A stretch of 63,601 nucleotides of DNA, filler included, from Basidiobolus meristosporus CBS 931.73 (lineage: Eukaryota > Fungi > Basidiobolomycota), in assembly GCA_002104905.1 (NCBI GenBank). It is 4 parts of 4 records of this genome, joined end to end, with 100 filler letters (N's around TTAATTAATTAA, not from the genome) between each part and the next. Parts side by side here need not be neighbours in the genome. Positions count along the whole stretch, not along the records: positions 36,100 to 54,549 come from MCFE01001062.1; 3 more parts are not named here. One strand, 5' to 3'. The notes beneath the pieces were generated by a model. It was not told the origin of the DNA and ran no database searches. It saw nothing but the letters and a program-made list of their open reading frames with translations. The position numbers and the translations under genes are program-made. Every line of letters starts with the position of its first letter. The first letter of the stretch is position 1. Positions 42,110-54,649 of the stretch are shown one piece after another.

Positions 42110-45100
42110 GTTTCCCTTTGAGGCGGGTTTTGCAGGATATTGTTGGTGGAACTGGGTAACTAGTTCTTGACAATTAGTGAGATGGGTAGCTGGTTCCCAT
42201 GTTTGGTCACTTGGATCATAACCAATCCAGTCTACTAAGTAGTACAGCTTTGACCAGATATACTTGGAGTCTAGAATCTGTTTAACTTCAAATTCTTGAT
42301 GTCAGTCAACCTGGATGGCTTGGGGCTTTGCTTCTTGCCGGTTTGGCAATGTGTTTCTACAATATGGCTCCAGGAGGGACACATGGAAAGTATCATGGAT
42401 TTTCATATTTGCTGGTAACTGTAGCTGATATACTATAGGGCTAAGCTTCTTCTTGATCTTGAAGGGACCAAGTTTCTTGAAATCCAACTTGTCACAAGGG
42501 CGGTTGGTGCTGATGTTTCTTCTGAGCAACCATACAGAATCTCCTTCATTAAGATCAGGGCTGGGATGCCGTTTTAGATTGGCAAATTTCTTGTAGCTTT
42601 CCTGAGCTAAGAATAGCTCTTCCTTGAGGGTGTTCTGGATGTCCTGGATTGCATGGGCATGTTCAGCTGCATGTGGGCTCATTGGGTTTGTTGGAATCTG
42701 GATATCAAACTGAGGGTGGAATCCATAGTTTGCATAGAATGGTGTAAAACCGGTTGCACTATGGCTTGAGTTGTTGTAGGCAAACTCAGCAACAGGGAGT
42801 AGATCAACCCAATTGTCTTGCTGGTAATTGATATAGCACCGGAGGTATTGCTCTAGAATCTGGTCAATTCTTTCAGTCTGGCCATCAGACTGTGGATGGA
42901 AGGCAGTAGAGAGCTTGACTTGAACACCAAGGTATTGCATGAAGTGTTTCCAAAACTTGGACACAAACTGTGGGCCTCTATCTGACACATGTCACAGGGG
43001 ATACCATGAAGGCGGAAAATATTCTTCAGGACTAATGCAGCAGTTTCTTTAGCATCAGTGTTCTTACAGCAAGGGATAAAGTGAGCCATCTTGACCAGCC
43101 TGTCAGCCACTACAAGTATGGCATTGAAGCCACATGACTCAGGGAGGTCAGTAATGAAGTCCATTGATATAGATCTCCATTGGTGTTCTGGGATAGGCAA
43201 GGGCTGAAGAAGTCCATAGGGCTGGTGTCTGGCTGGTTTTGCACGGTTGCAAATATCACAAGTCAGAATGTATTCTTTGATAAGAGTTATCATTCTAGGC
43301 CACCAGAAATCTCTTTTGATAGCATTCAAGGTTTTGGCAGTACCAAAGTGGCCTGCAGCCGTTGAATCATGCCAAGACTTAATGATGTCTAGCTGGGTGG
43401 CAAGGTCTGGGACATAAAGCTGCTGCTTGTGGTAGATGAGGTTGTTTACCAAATGCAGGTTCTGGATGTTTGGGAACTTGGGAGGGGGCCCAACTGGGGA
43501 TTCCAGATATTTCTTGATGGTGCTGGAAGTCATATCAGAGGCTTGGGATTCTGATATCCTTACTAGGAATGAAGGGATGACAAGACTTGAGGACTGGGTG
43601 GCAAGAATCTCAAAATGTTTCTTGCTCAGCAGTGGGTGTTCCATTTGCCAACAGGCATCATCTCCCTCTTCCAGGGCATATTCCTTTTTTCTGGACAGGG
43701 CATCAGGCTTTCCTTGCTTTGCACCAGGTCTATAGGTGATAGTAAAGTCAAAGCTGGACAGGAAGAGTGACCATCTGGCTTGTCTCCGGTTTAGTACTTT
43801 GGAAGTTGCAAAGTACTCAAGGTTCTTATGGTCACAGAAGACTTTGATTTTGTGTTTTGCACCGTCCAGGTAGTGTCTCCATTGCTCAAAGGCTACAATG
43901 ATGGCAAGCAACTCCTTATCATAGATATCATAGTTGATCTCTGCAGGGGAAAATTTCCAAGAGTAGAATGCAATGGGGTGCAACACATTGTCCTCATCAT
44001 ACTGGGAGAGTATGGCACCAAGGGCAAAATCAGAAGCATCAGTCTCCACTATGAATTGCTTCTCAAGGTCAGGGTGGGCAAGCAGGGGGGCCTTCAGGAA
44101 AGATTTCTTAAGTTGATTGAATGAGGTGGATTGCTCCTCATTCCAGGCAAAAGGTGTGTTCTTCTGGGTAAGTTTTGTCAGAGGGGTGACTATCTTGGAG
44201 TAGTTGGCTATGAACCTGCAATAGAAGTTGGCAAATCCCAGGAAGAATTGTACTTCCTTGACTGAGCTTGGAGTTTCCAGGACTGGACTGAGTTAACTTT
44301 CTTTGGGTCCATTCTTGTTCCCTCAGGGCTGATGAGGAAACCAAGAAATTCCACTTCTCTCTGGTCAAATTCACACTTCTCTAACTTGGCATAGAGACCA
44401 GCAGAGTCTAGTTTTCTCAATACTTTCTTGACATGTGCATCATGTTCAACTTGGCTCTTGGAGTATATGAGAATATCATCAAGGTAGATTACCACAAACT
44501 GGTCAAGGTATTCATGGAATATGTCATTCATGAGGTGTTGAAACACAGCAGGGGCATTGGTGAGGCCAAATGGCATTACTTTGTACTTAAAGTGACCATA
44601 TTTTGTGCGAAAGGCAGTTTTCCATTCATCACCAGGCTTGATTCTGACAAGATTGTAAGCTCCTCTCAAGTCTATCTTGGTGAAGACTTGGGTAGCAGAT
44701 AGCTGATCCAACAGTGTATTGATCAGGGGCAGGGGGTAGCGGTTCTTGACTGTGATCTTACTCAAAGCACGGTAGTCCACACACATTCTGAGGGTGCCAT
44801 CCTTCTTCTTGACAACAAGGATTGGGGCTCCAGCAGGTGATTTGGAGTGCTGAATAAAACCCTTCTGGAGGTTTTCTTGAATATAACCATGGAGTTCTTT
44901 CAACTCCGGCTGGGAGCGGTTATATATTGGGCCAAATGGAGGGACTTTTCCATCTTCCAGGTCAATAGGGCAGTCATAAGGCCAATGGTCAGGGAGGAGT
45001 TCTGCTTTCTTCTTGTCAAAGACATGGGCAAACTCTTGGTACTTGGCTGGTATAGTTGCTGAGGGGGCTCCTTCAGCTGGCAAGGTATCTTGGGCTGTTG

Positions 45101-45578
45101 AACTGTTGGCAACCGTCTTTTCACGGTTATCAGGGTCTGGAGATTTCATGGAGTTGACTTGGTGGGATCTGGTGAATGACAGGATCTTGGATTTCCAATC
45201 AATACTTGGATTGTGATAGCTCAACCATGAGCTTCCAAGCACAATAGGATAGTGTGGTGAGTTGATGATGTTGAAGGCAATTCTTTCTTGGTGGGCAGTA
45301 CTGGACAGCTGGAGTAAGCATGTTTCATGGGTAATGGCACCAGAGGAGAGTGATCTTCCATCAATAACTTCTACTTGGACTGGACAGGATTTCAAGGTAA
45401 CAGGAATAGAGTGCTTCTGGACAAAGGCTTTGTCAATGAAGCAGGATGAAGCACCGGAATCAATCAGGGCTAGGGCTGGGACAGGACTGGAGTCAGGGAT
45501 CTGGATTTTGACAGGCATTCTCAAGGACTGGATAGATTTTGTGGCAAAGGAAGATTCTTGGATATGCTGGATTTTCAT
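42110..45578 (-). pseudogene. pol: Ty3 pol (PR-RT-RH-IN-chromodomain), frameshifted into several ORFs
   Basis: ORFs 44208-45578, 42853-44049 and 42302-42988 carry consecutive domains in different frames. Confidence 0.9.
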
Positions 45579-45601
45579 GGGTGGGTCCAGTTGAAAGCCT
45601 G

Positions 45602-45990
45602 TCAGTGCAACTGGACATTGGAGTTTCCCAACAGATCTGGATCAGGTTGGTTGCTGGAGGACTGCATCAGCTTGAAGCTGGACTTCTTGTTGGGGCAGGA
45701 CTTGGCAAAGTGACCTGGTTGGCCACAGTATAGACAGAGGTTGGCTTGTTGACGCCTGGACTTTTCACTCTTTGATAGTTTCTTGTATTTGGCACTATCA
45801 ATCTGCATGGGATCTTCTGGAGTGACTTGGGGAGCAGGAGGGGCTGGGACTGCAACAGGAATGTGTCTTTGACGGTTCTTTTGCTTCTTCTGGAATAGTC
45901 TGTTATCACACCGGATTGCTTGGTGCATAGCTTCAACCAATGTATCTGGATCTGGGAGTGTGAGTAGCATATCACAAACTTCAACTAGCA
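45602..45990 (-). CDS. gag: Ty3 gag C-terminal part
   Basis: PEDPMQID motif and CCHC zinc knuckle; GGGAAAC slippery site at 45623-45629. Confidence 0.8.
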
Positions 45991-46037
45991 CATTGGGCCC
46001 TCCAACTACAAGAATACAACTTTGAAATAATTCATTG

Positions 46038-48340
46038 CTGTGGTAGGGTAAACATACCTCCCACAGACAAGTTTATTCATATAGTCATTATAATATACTT
46101 ATCTATATTTTATCTTATCAGTATTGTCCAATTCTTCTTTTGCCCATATTATCAGTATTATCCCCATATGGTGTTTACCCTGATTAGTTATTAGCATTAG
46201 TTATCCCAGATGTTATTCAGCTTTGTGATCAGTAGTAGCTCTCCAACCTTGATTGATATGTTGCTTCCTAGTATATGACTTGTCAGAGCCTCTGGGGTAC
46301 CATTTTGCTTGACTCTAGGCTGCATGTCATAGTTGTTGGCCTTGGCAGACTCTTGTAAAATTAATGGGGGTCATGCTTTCTTCTCAATCACAACTTCTGG
46401 CACACATCTTGGTACTTTTGTTGGTGGGCCTGGATTAGCCATTTTTTCAGAATGGTGTCTCTTTGAAGCATAAATTGAAGCTATATGATCTTGGGCCTCT
46501 CTGGGGTCCTCATAGTCAAAGCTCAGAGCTTCAGCTGGATCAAAGTAGTCAGGATCTTCTTCTTCATGGAGGTGAACCTTTCTTGTATGAGAGGTGACTT
46601 GCTTGTAGTGAACTCTCATGCCTCCTTGTCCAAATGCTGTGGATAATTTGTCACCATGCTTACTGACTATGTATCCCTGCGGACTATATAGGACATCACC
46701 TGTGGATAGTTATGACTGAAGCTCTTGGCAATTTCTCTTGGAATGGTTGGCAGAGTCACACCACAAGCATGTATATTTGACTTCTTTCTCTACTGGCTTC
46801 TGACCATATGCTTTGCTGGCAAGTAGCAAAGAGAGTTTCTCTAATTGCTGTGTCAGCTCCTGAATTTGAGTGCTTTGATTGCTGGGATTAAGTATGTCTT
46901 GGCTATCTTGGTTTTGTTCTGGGCTTGAAAGAAGCTTTCTGATTGGTGAGGTTTCTTCAGGGGCAAGTAGAATCTGCTTAGCTAACTGAAATGCAGGCAG
47001 TGAACTCATAGCTTTCACAGTAGGATTGTTTTCAATCCTTCTCACCAGGCCTTCTGGTAGTGCTCTGAGCTGATAGGCAGATAAAGTCAGACCAGTGATA
47101 ATGCCTTGGGCTTTCAGTGACTCTCCAATTTGCTCAAGGCCACTCAAGTATTCTTTCATTGGTAGCAGCTTAAACTTGCTATAAGCAAAGTTCTCCAAGT
47201 CTTGAAGTGTGTAATCAACTTGTCTCTCTCCATATTCATCAATCAAGTAGCTCTTCAAGAGGGTCCAATTTGTCAGCAGGTCATTTCTTTCACATAATGA
47301 GAGCATGATCTCATCAGTGCTGTAGGGGGGCATCTCTTCAGCCATAATGGCCTCAGGTATTTTGTGGGCTCTGCAGAAAAGCTCCCACCTCTTGATGAAA
47401 GCTTTGACTTTAGTTCCATCAAAGAAAGGGGTTCCTTGCATTCCTGGTAAAGGTAGATCCATGGTCTTGATAATTTGTTCTTTCTTAAGTCTTCTAGGGG
47501 CAGTTCAGTCAAACCCCCCATGTTGGGTGCCAAATATGTGGTGGTGTAGAGGTACTCCTGGGAGAAGCTATACAACTCAAGGTGTGTGAGGTGTCTGATG
47601 GGTGCAATAACCTCTGTGTCTAAACTGCTGGTGTCTTTGTCAATATGTCACTATGGTAAAAGCTCCTGCTTCTCTAGCTTCCTAGGTGCTCCAAGTGTCT
47701 CCAAAGGCCTCTGTGTGTCTTGTGCACTACCCTGAAAAGCTCCTTGATGGCAGGTCTGAGATGTACTGTTGAAGGCAGGTGCAGTGATCAACTGCTAATC
47801 AATAAGGTAGAAGTGTTACTGACAGAAGGGATGATTTATTGATGAGGGATTGCTTTCCCTTAAATACTTTTCCTGATTGCCAAGTGATTACTAATGACAA
47901 AGTTCTGGAAGTTTCTAGGTATCAGTGGAATTCTTGATGACATCACTACAAGCTAAAAATATGCCAAGAATGTCCTGGAAGGTTCTAAAAGGCACAGCAC
48001 TCTCAACCAATCAGGAATCAGTAGTCTGAAACCTGTGCAACATAGAAATACCATTTATGGTATTGAAATGGTAGGGATGGTAACACAGACCTAGGTCATG
48101 TGTCATGGGTACTGACGCAGGTACTTGCCTTATATAGATACATCTACTGATCACAAAGCTGAATAACATCTGGGATAACTAATGCTAATAACTAATCAGG
48201 GTAAACATCATATGGGGATAATACTGATAATATGGGCAAAAGAAGAATGGGATAATACTGATAAGACAAAATATGGATAAGTATATCATAATGACTATAT
48301 GAATAAACTTGTCTGTGGGAGGTATGTTTACCCTACCACA
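46038..48340. repeat. About 200-bp inverted repeat pair (46038-46235 and 48146-48340)
   Basis: CTGTGGTAGGGTAAACATACCTCCCACAGACAAG...CTTTGTGATCAGTAG and its reverse complement, highly similar. Confidence 0.85.
46371..48085 (-). mobile_element. Second Ty3/gypsy lineage: LTR (about 47537-48085), PBS and gag fragment
   Basis: ORF 46710-47462 with PFFDGTKVKAFIKRWE and CLWCDSANHSKRNC; PBS TGGCACCCAACATGGGGG at 47515-47532 resembles a tRNA-Lys PBS with CpG decay; right LTR boundary is approximate. Confidence 0.7.
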
Positions 48341-48849
48341 GCGCGGGTACTTGCCTAATATAGAACCACTTACCAATAGTAATCTTACATACAGTGAGGG
48401 ATAACTTATGCAATAAGCTAAGAAGGTGTGATAGTCAACCGGCTTATGGGATAGTACTGATCAGGTAAGACAAATGGGATAAAGCTAAAATCAATGTAGT
48501 AGAGATATAGGGAAGTAGAAAATATGGGAATGAGCACATCTGTCAGTGGGTGTCACTGTGACCCCACTACAAAGGTAACATTATACAGAACCAGCAGTAG
48601 GCCATCATACTGCCAATATAATGCCATTAGAATCTTGCTGTGAGGTCATCATAATACCATCCAGTTTCTTGCCATATAAGGCAATTGGATGTCCTGGCAA
48701 ACTGGATCCACTTAAAATAATTATAGAGCCCTAAAAGACCGCAGAAATACCATGCAAATATCATCACAGCACCAATAAAATATTGATAAGTATTATCCCT
48801 TTATTTGGTTGTAAATTAGCAAAACACCATCATGATCCTGTCTTAAGAT

Positions 48850-51800
48850 TGTTATGAGGGTCACTAATTCCAAGCTGCTGGTATTATGATGGTCTCTAAA
48901 CAGGATCTTGATGGCGGTTCCGGATTGGATCCACCTGCTGGACCAAACTATTACTCATAGGGCTTATCTCATTGTGTGTTGGGATTTTGCTGGGCTCTTG
49001 CAGGGTACTGTTGTTAGGGGAGATGGGCTCATAATCCATCAGCAAGCCTTCCTCTTCAGAGCTATTAATCAGCAAGCCATATTTGGAAGGTGAGCCTAAA
49101 GGTGTCACAAAATCACCTGACACAGTTTGTCCAAGGTGACAAGTACAGCTAGGTGCCATTATAGAAGTATCAGATGGCCAGTAGGAAATTGTTAGTACTG
49201 TAGTTACCAATGAATAGTCAAATATTACTTGTGTGGCAAAACACTGGCCATGATCCTTGTGCTACTTGCTACATTGTCTACATGCTGCGTGGCTGAGAAG
49301 TTTTCTACAGTAGCCACATGGTCTTTCTTCTCTTCTCTTGTGAGGCTGAATCAAAGTAGTCTTCTCCATGAGGCAACAGTTTAACACCCAACAACACAAC
49401 ACTCCCTATGAAAAATCTCAAGCTTGGAATTCATCTGATTCTCAGCTGATATTCTGCTGGTATGCTAATGGTATTTTGCTGATATTTGGCTGGTGTTTTT
49501 GGCTCAAAACATCAGATGCAATTTTTGATGGAAGTAATGGGCAGCTAATTACCAAATACAGTATGGATGCTAGTTGGCCTAGTCTCCTCCTGAAGAACTT
49601 GTTTGCTTGCACGCACATTGGCTAACAACAGAGATATTGGAAGTTGTCAATTTTGAGAAACTTGGAATTCAGCAGATACTATGATGACATTTTGCTGGTC
49701 CTTTCTTAATTTTTTTTCTTAGGTACTATTATGTCACATTTTTGTCAATACTCATGAATTAAAGACAGTTTTGTCTTTGAGGCATTGCACCTACATGAAT
49801 GTAAAATTCAGTGAAGACCTGCCATAGAAAGAATTATAAATGAGGTTATGGCACTACATACACATGGATATGTACACTATTTCACTTTGGTTTCACTCAC
49901 TTCCATATTTATGGTGCCAAAAAATAAAGCAAAGTTGTCTGGTTCTCAACCAAACCCCATAGTTGACAGTAGCAGAAGAACAGCTAGACAGTAGCTTGCT
50001 ATGACATTCAGTATAACAACCAGGGCTACATCCAAAAAAGGCTGTGTTAACAGTTCACCCACTGAAGGTAGTAATGCAGACCCCTCAGGCCCTCAGTCAA
50101 GCAGGCAAATGAGAGTCTCTGTGGAGCTGCAAGCTGTCCATAATGCTCAGGCAGATGAAATGTAATATGTGCAGTACCTTTGGTTGAAGACCAGCAAGTG
50201 GCTGTCATAACATCACCCGCATCTGTACTAATAAGTATGTTGTCAGCTCACACAAAAGCATTTTTGATGCAATTACATATAGTGGCAGATAACATTGATG
50301 CAATGGCCTAGAGAGACCAGAAAATAGTTCAGAAGCACAATGAGCAGATATCACATACAGAGCTATCAATATCCCAGTTAGTGAACAAAGTATGTTTACT
50401 GCAAAGATGGAATTCAAATAGTTCAATGTTACAGCCTAGAATTGAGCTGTTTCCCAATGTAAAACCAGAGGAGCACCATACAGTCTTTTAGGCACAACAA
50501 CAGTGCTCAAAGATTAAGCCTACAGAAAAACCTACTGCAACATGAGATGGGGAAACTGTGGTGTGTATGCCCAAGCCTAAAAGTCAAGAGACATTGAAAA
50601 TGTATGAAGTTGTTAGGTGCAATGATGAGGAAAGGGCTAATATTTAAGAGATTGTCAGAGGTCTAGCATGGGATCATCTAAAGGCCAGCATACCATGGGT
50701 CCATCAGGACTCAAGACCACACTGATTGCGCTTGACCTGGTAAATGAGCATTATCCTGGACTCAAGTAGGCAAATAGAGTTTAAGCCAGCATGGGTACGC
50801 TACAAAAGCGTTGCAAGAGTAGATGAATATCTCAAAGGTGGAAGTGCAAGGGTGCCATGGCTAAAAGCTTGTGGCTTCCTCAAGAGCTTGTCAAAAGCCA
50901 GGCTAAAGCTCTAAACAAGTGGCAAAGAAACAATAGGTAGCCAGAAGAGTGCTAGTAAGAGACAGAGAAGCAGTAACAGATGCATCAGTGTAGCATTTAT
51001 CAAGGAGAAAACAGAGTTCAATACTAGAAGCACTTGGTCATTGTAGCAGCAAAGGACCTGACAGTGATAAAAGCCAGCAGATTTCACAGGAGCCCATCTT
51101 AAGCAGGGCTGATAGTTCCAAGTAAGCAGCAAACAAGTGTCAGGTTGCAGGGAGAGTGCCAGCTGTCAATAAGCATGCAATTGCAGATCCACAAGTGCAG
51201 CATTCATCAGGCAGAAGACAGCGTACAATACAACAAGCATTCAGTCAAAGCAGCAGTGAACAACCTGGCAGTAATAAAGGTAAAGGTAAAGAGAAAGAGG
51301 TCTAAACAAGTCAGAGACAAGGAAGCATGAGAAAGAAGCTGCAGCTCTCACCAACAAATGCTGTCAGCCTATAAGAGGTGGAGTCCCATCATTGCTAAGA
51401 AGAATTACCAACAAGACAGCTGCTGTTTTCTCAGGAGTTGAAAGTGCAGCTAGTTGAGCTACTCTCCAGGGATATAGGTGAGCATGCAGAGAAAAGCAGT
51501 TTGTTTACTACTGCCCCCATGTCCCCCATTGTAGACAGAGTGGAGATCCCAGTGACAGACAAAGCAACATCATCAAGAACTCAAAAGACTATCACAATGC
51601 CTACAGGGGAATTTGGAACATCAAGAGATTGCAGCACTTCTTCAAGAGCAGTGCTCAAGAAAATGCACTTGAATATTACATAGAGCTATTGCAAGGAGTG
51701 GCAGATGAGGTGCTAGACCTTGCAGTGCTGGCTGAAGACCAGGACATATGGGAACCAGTGAAAAAAATGTGCCATCAAGCCAGAGTGTTCCCACCAGAAT

Positions 51801-52288
51801 CATGGAAAAAGGGTGTTACAGTAGAAATACTGCTTGTATGGTGAATTTTGATGGAGTAACTTGTTGAGTGTGGGGTTAGACATAATGTTAGTGCTTGGTA
51901 TAGGGACCTGCGTAGGTCAATACAATTGGCAATTGAGTTACAACAAAAGTTTCTATGGAAACAAATCAATACATATGAATGAAAAGTAAGAGAATTGGTT
52001 GAGTCAGGAAGCAAGGAGTGTGAAAAAGAGGCAATAGCCAGTCAATGTACACAAATGCTGGAGGCAATTGAGTGTCTGGGATCCAAAAGTGAGAGAATTA
52101 GCAGAGAACCAATCAAAAGTTGCTTATGTATTGTTTTAATGATAACTTGGGACCAGGTTTTTTGTGAAATCTGGGATGCAATTGTTCTTCAACAGTCTTT
52201 GTACAGTGTCCAGACAGGATCAATAGTCATAGGACTATAAATTTGTGATGGCCTTGTGATGGCATCATCGCAATTATTTTTCATAGGG
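48850..52288. mobile_element. Decayed CACTA/EnSpm-like copy in opposite orientation
   Basis: Transposase 5' remnant on the minus strand (about 48.9-49.4 kb), accessory remnants on the plus strand (about 49.9-51.9 kb), terminus ...TTTTTCATAGGG at 52288. Confidence 0.65.
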
Positions 52289-52375
52289 AATCATCAAGAG
52301 CCTGGAATTGCAAGATAGACCTTTACTTGGAATCTATGAGTTTCCTAAGGAGCACTGCTGATAATAGTATATATT

Positions 52376-52413
52376 AGACTTGTTCCATTGGATAGTGCCA
52401 CATTGAGCCATGA
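52376..52413 (+). repeat. Solo PHIS terminal fragment
   Basis: ATT followed by AGACTTGTTCCATTGGATAGTGCCACATTGAGCCATGAG, nearly identical to the left end of the 55551 foldback. Confidence 0.75.
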
Positions 52414-53426
52414 GGGAAAATGTCTACTTAGGCCTGAGACAGGAAAGCTTACCAAAAAACTGCAGTCCTTGCCAATTAACACTGTGAGCCTGGAACAGAC
52501 TGAATATCATCATTTGCCAAGAAAATTACCAACAAGAAAGCAGCTGCTTTCACAAGAGTTGGAAGTGCAGGCAGCTAAGCTACAATCCAGCAAGGTAGAC
52601 AAGCTTGCAGAGAAAGGCAATCTGTCTACCACAGTCTCTGTGTCCTCCATTGTTGACAGAGTGGGGATCCCAATGACAGACAAGGCTACAATTTCAAGAA
52701 CTCAAAAGCCTATCACATCACCTTTGGCGGAATTTTGGAACATTAATAGGCATACCAAGAGGTTGCAGCACTTCTTCAAGAGCAGTGCTCAAGAAAAAGA
52801 ACTCAAATATTGCAAGTATATATTGCAAAAACCAGCAGGTGAGGTGCTTGACCTTCCAGTACTGGCTGAACATCAGGATGTGTGGGAATCAGTGAATGAA
52901 CAATGGCACAAAGCCGGTGGGTTTCTGCCAGTGCTATAGAAGTAGAGCATTACCGCAGAAATTCATATGAGTAATGGATTTTACTGGAGTTTCTTGTTGA
53001 TTGTTGTGTTAGGCTTAGTGTTAGTATAGGTTAGAGGGACTTGTAAAGGACAATACAATTGGAAATTGAGTAACAACTCAAGTTTCAATGGAAATAGATC
53101 AATTTAAACTCATAAAAAGTAAGAGAAAGGTTGAGTCAGGAAGTAAGGAGTGTGAAAAGTGGCAGTTGCCTATCAACATACACAAACATAGGAGGTGGGT
53201 GAGTGTCAGGGATCAGAGAGTGAGCAAATTGACATGGAACCAATGAAAAGTCACTAGTATATTGTTGAGATCAAAAATTTTGACTAAATATTTTGTTAAA
53301 TTTGGGGCGCAATTATTTTTCAATGACCTCTGGATAGTGTCCTGGTGGGATCAGTACTTCATAGTTGCAGGACTTCAAATTTGTGACAGTCTTTTGATGG
53401 GATCATTGCAATAATTTTTTGTAGGG
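52414..53426 (+). mobile_element. Partial CACTA-like copy (accessory 3' part and terminus)
   Basis: ORF 52388-52939 with FFKSSAQEKELKYC; terminus ...TTTTTTGTAGGG at 53426. Confidence 0.65.
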
Positions 53427-53444
53427 TAACTGAGTCAGGGGAGT

Positions 53445-54549
53445 ATGTAATGCCTTTAGTCTCACCTCAGCCTTCTAAATATGGCATGCAAACTGATAGC
53501 TTTGACAAAGTACGCTCAATGATGGATTGTGAGTCAAGCTCTTTTAACAACGGTACAAAGCATGAGCCTGGACAAGTCCCAATATACAATAGGACAACAC
53601 CCATTGAAACAAATACCTAGTATACTTTACAGAGCCAAGTGAGCCCAGTAATGCATCTATTGGTGAACACTGTAATGATATGGCTAGAGAAGTGGCACCT
53701 TTCAACTGATATCAGTAATGGGTGCATTGAGGATTTACTACTACTTCTTGCCAAAATTGTTCCAGGATGCAACTTACCATGTATGTGGTACAAGTGGACA
53801 ACTGTCATATGGCTGGCAGCATATGACCCAGAGACTGTCCTGATTCCAGCATGTGTTAACAGTTGCATGGCATTTGATCCAAAAATGCCAACATTGCAAT
53901 GTGTCCAAGTTGTCAGGAATCAAGCACCATTGAGGGAAAGTATTGTGTACACTCCAGATACATTCTGGTAATACCCTGTCTAAAGAAGCTGATGCAGTCA
54001 AACAAATATTGTGAAGCAATAAAGTACTGCCTTCTGTATCAATCAAGCACAATCATGTCAGATATAAGTTGTGGCAAACATTATAAACAGCCAAGAACAA
54101 ATCTGATGGTAGACTCACTGGCATCTGAGCCTTAATCACTCTCCAACCTGGATAGCCACCTGTATCCATTGCTGAATGGATTTTGTTTGCTTTACAGCTG
54201 GATAACAGTAAATAGCTGTCATGTTAAAAGTGCATATTATTATGTGTGTTGGAGATATCCCAGCTGTCAGCAAGTTAGCCGGCTCTTCTAGGCACATTGA
54301 ATGGTTTTGCTTTCAAATATTTGAGATCTAGGGGATATACTCATGAGCTTACACACTTTATTATTATCCAAATGCCAACAGTAAGAACATTGTCTTTCCA
54401 CAGAGTGAATGTACAAAAAACAGCATGCAATTGCAGCAAAGTTGGCAAGCTATTAGCCATTAGCCCAAGTATGGAATCAATTGGAAACCACAGATACATA
54501 AGAAAGAGGGTATCTGTTTGGGAGCAAAATCTCTCCACTGGGAATAATG
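53445..54549 (+). mobile_element. CACTA/EnSpm-like transposase relic
   Basis: ACVNSCMAF...CPSCQ...YILVIPCLKKLM, and GDIPAV motif near 54250. Confidence 0.7.
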
Positions 54550-54649
54550 NNNNNNNNNNNNNNNNNNNNNNNNNNNNNNNNNNNNNNNNNNNNTTAATTA
54601 ATTAANNNNNNNNNNNNNNNNNNNNNNNNNNNNNNNNNNNNNNNNNNNN
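54550..54649. other. Artificial contig spacer
   Basis: N44-TTAATTAATTAA-N44. Confidence 0.97.

Larger units (their letters stand above)
41562..45990 (-). mobile_element. Ty3/gypsy chromovirus, 5'-truncated; 3' LTR at about 41562-42082
   Basis: gag with CLYCGQPGHFAKSC; protease LIDSGA; RT YLDD; RNase H ETDASD; integrase; chromodomain EFEVKQILDS...YLVDWIGY...TWEP at about 42130-42297; PPT GAAGAGGAGAATAG next to the LTR. Confidence 0.92.
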
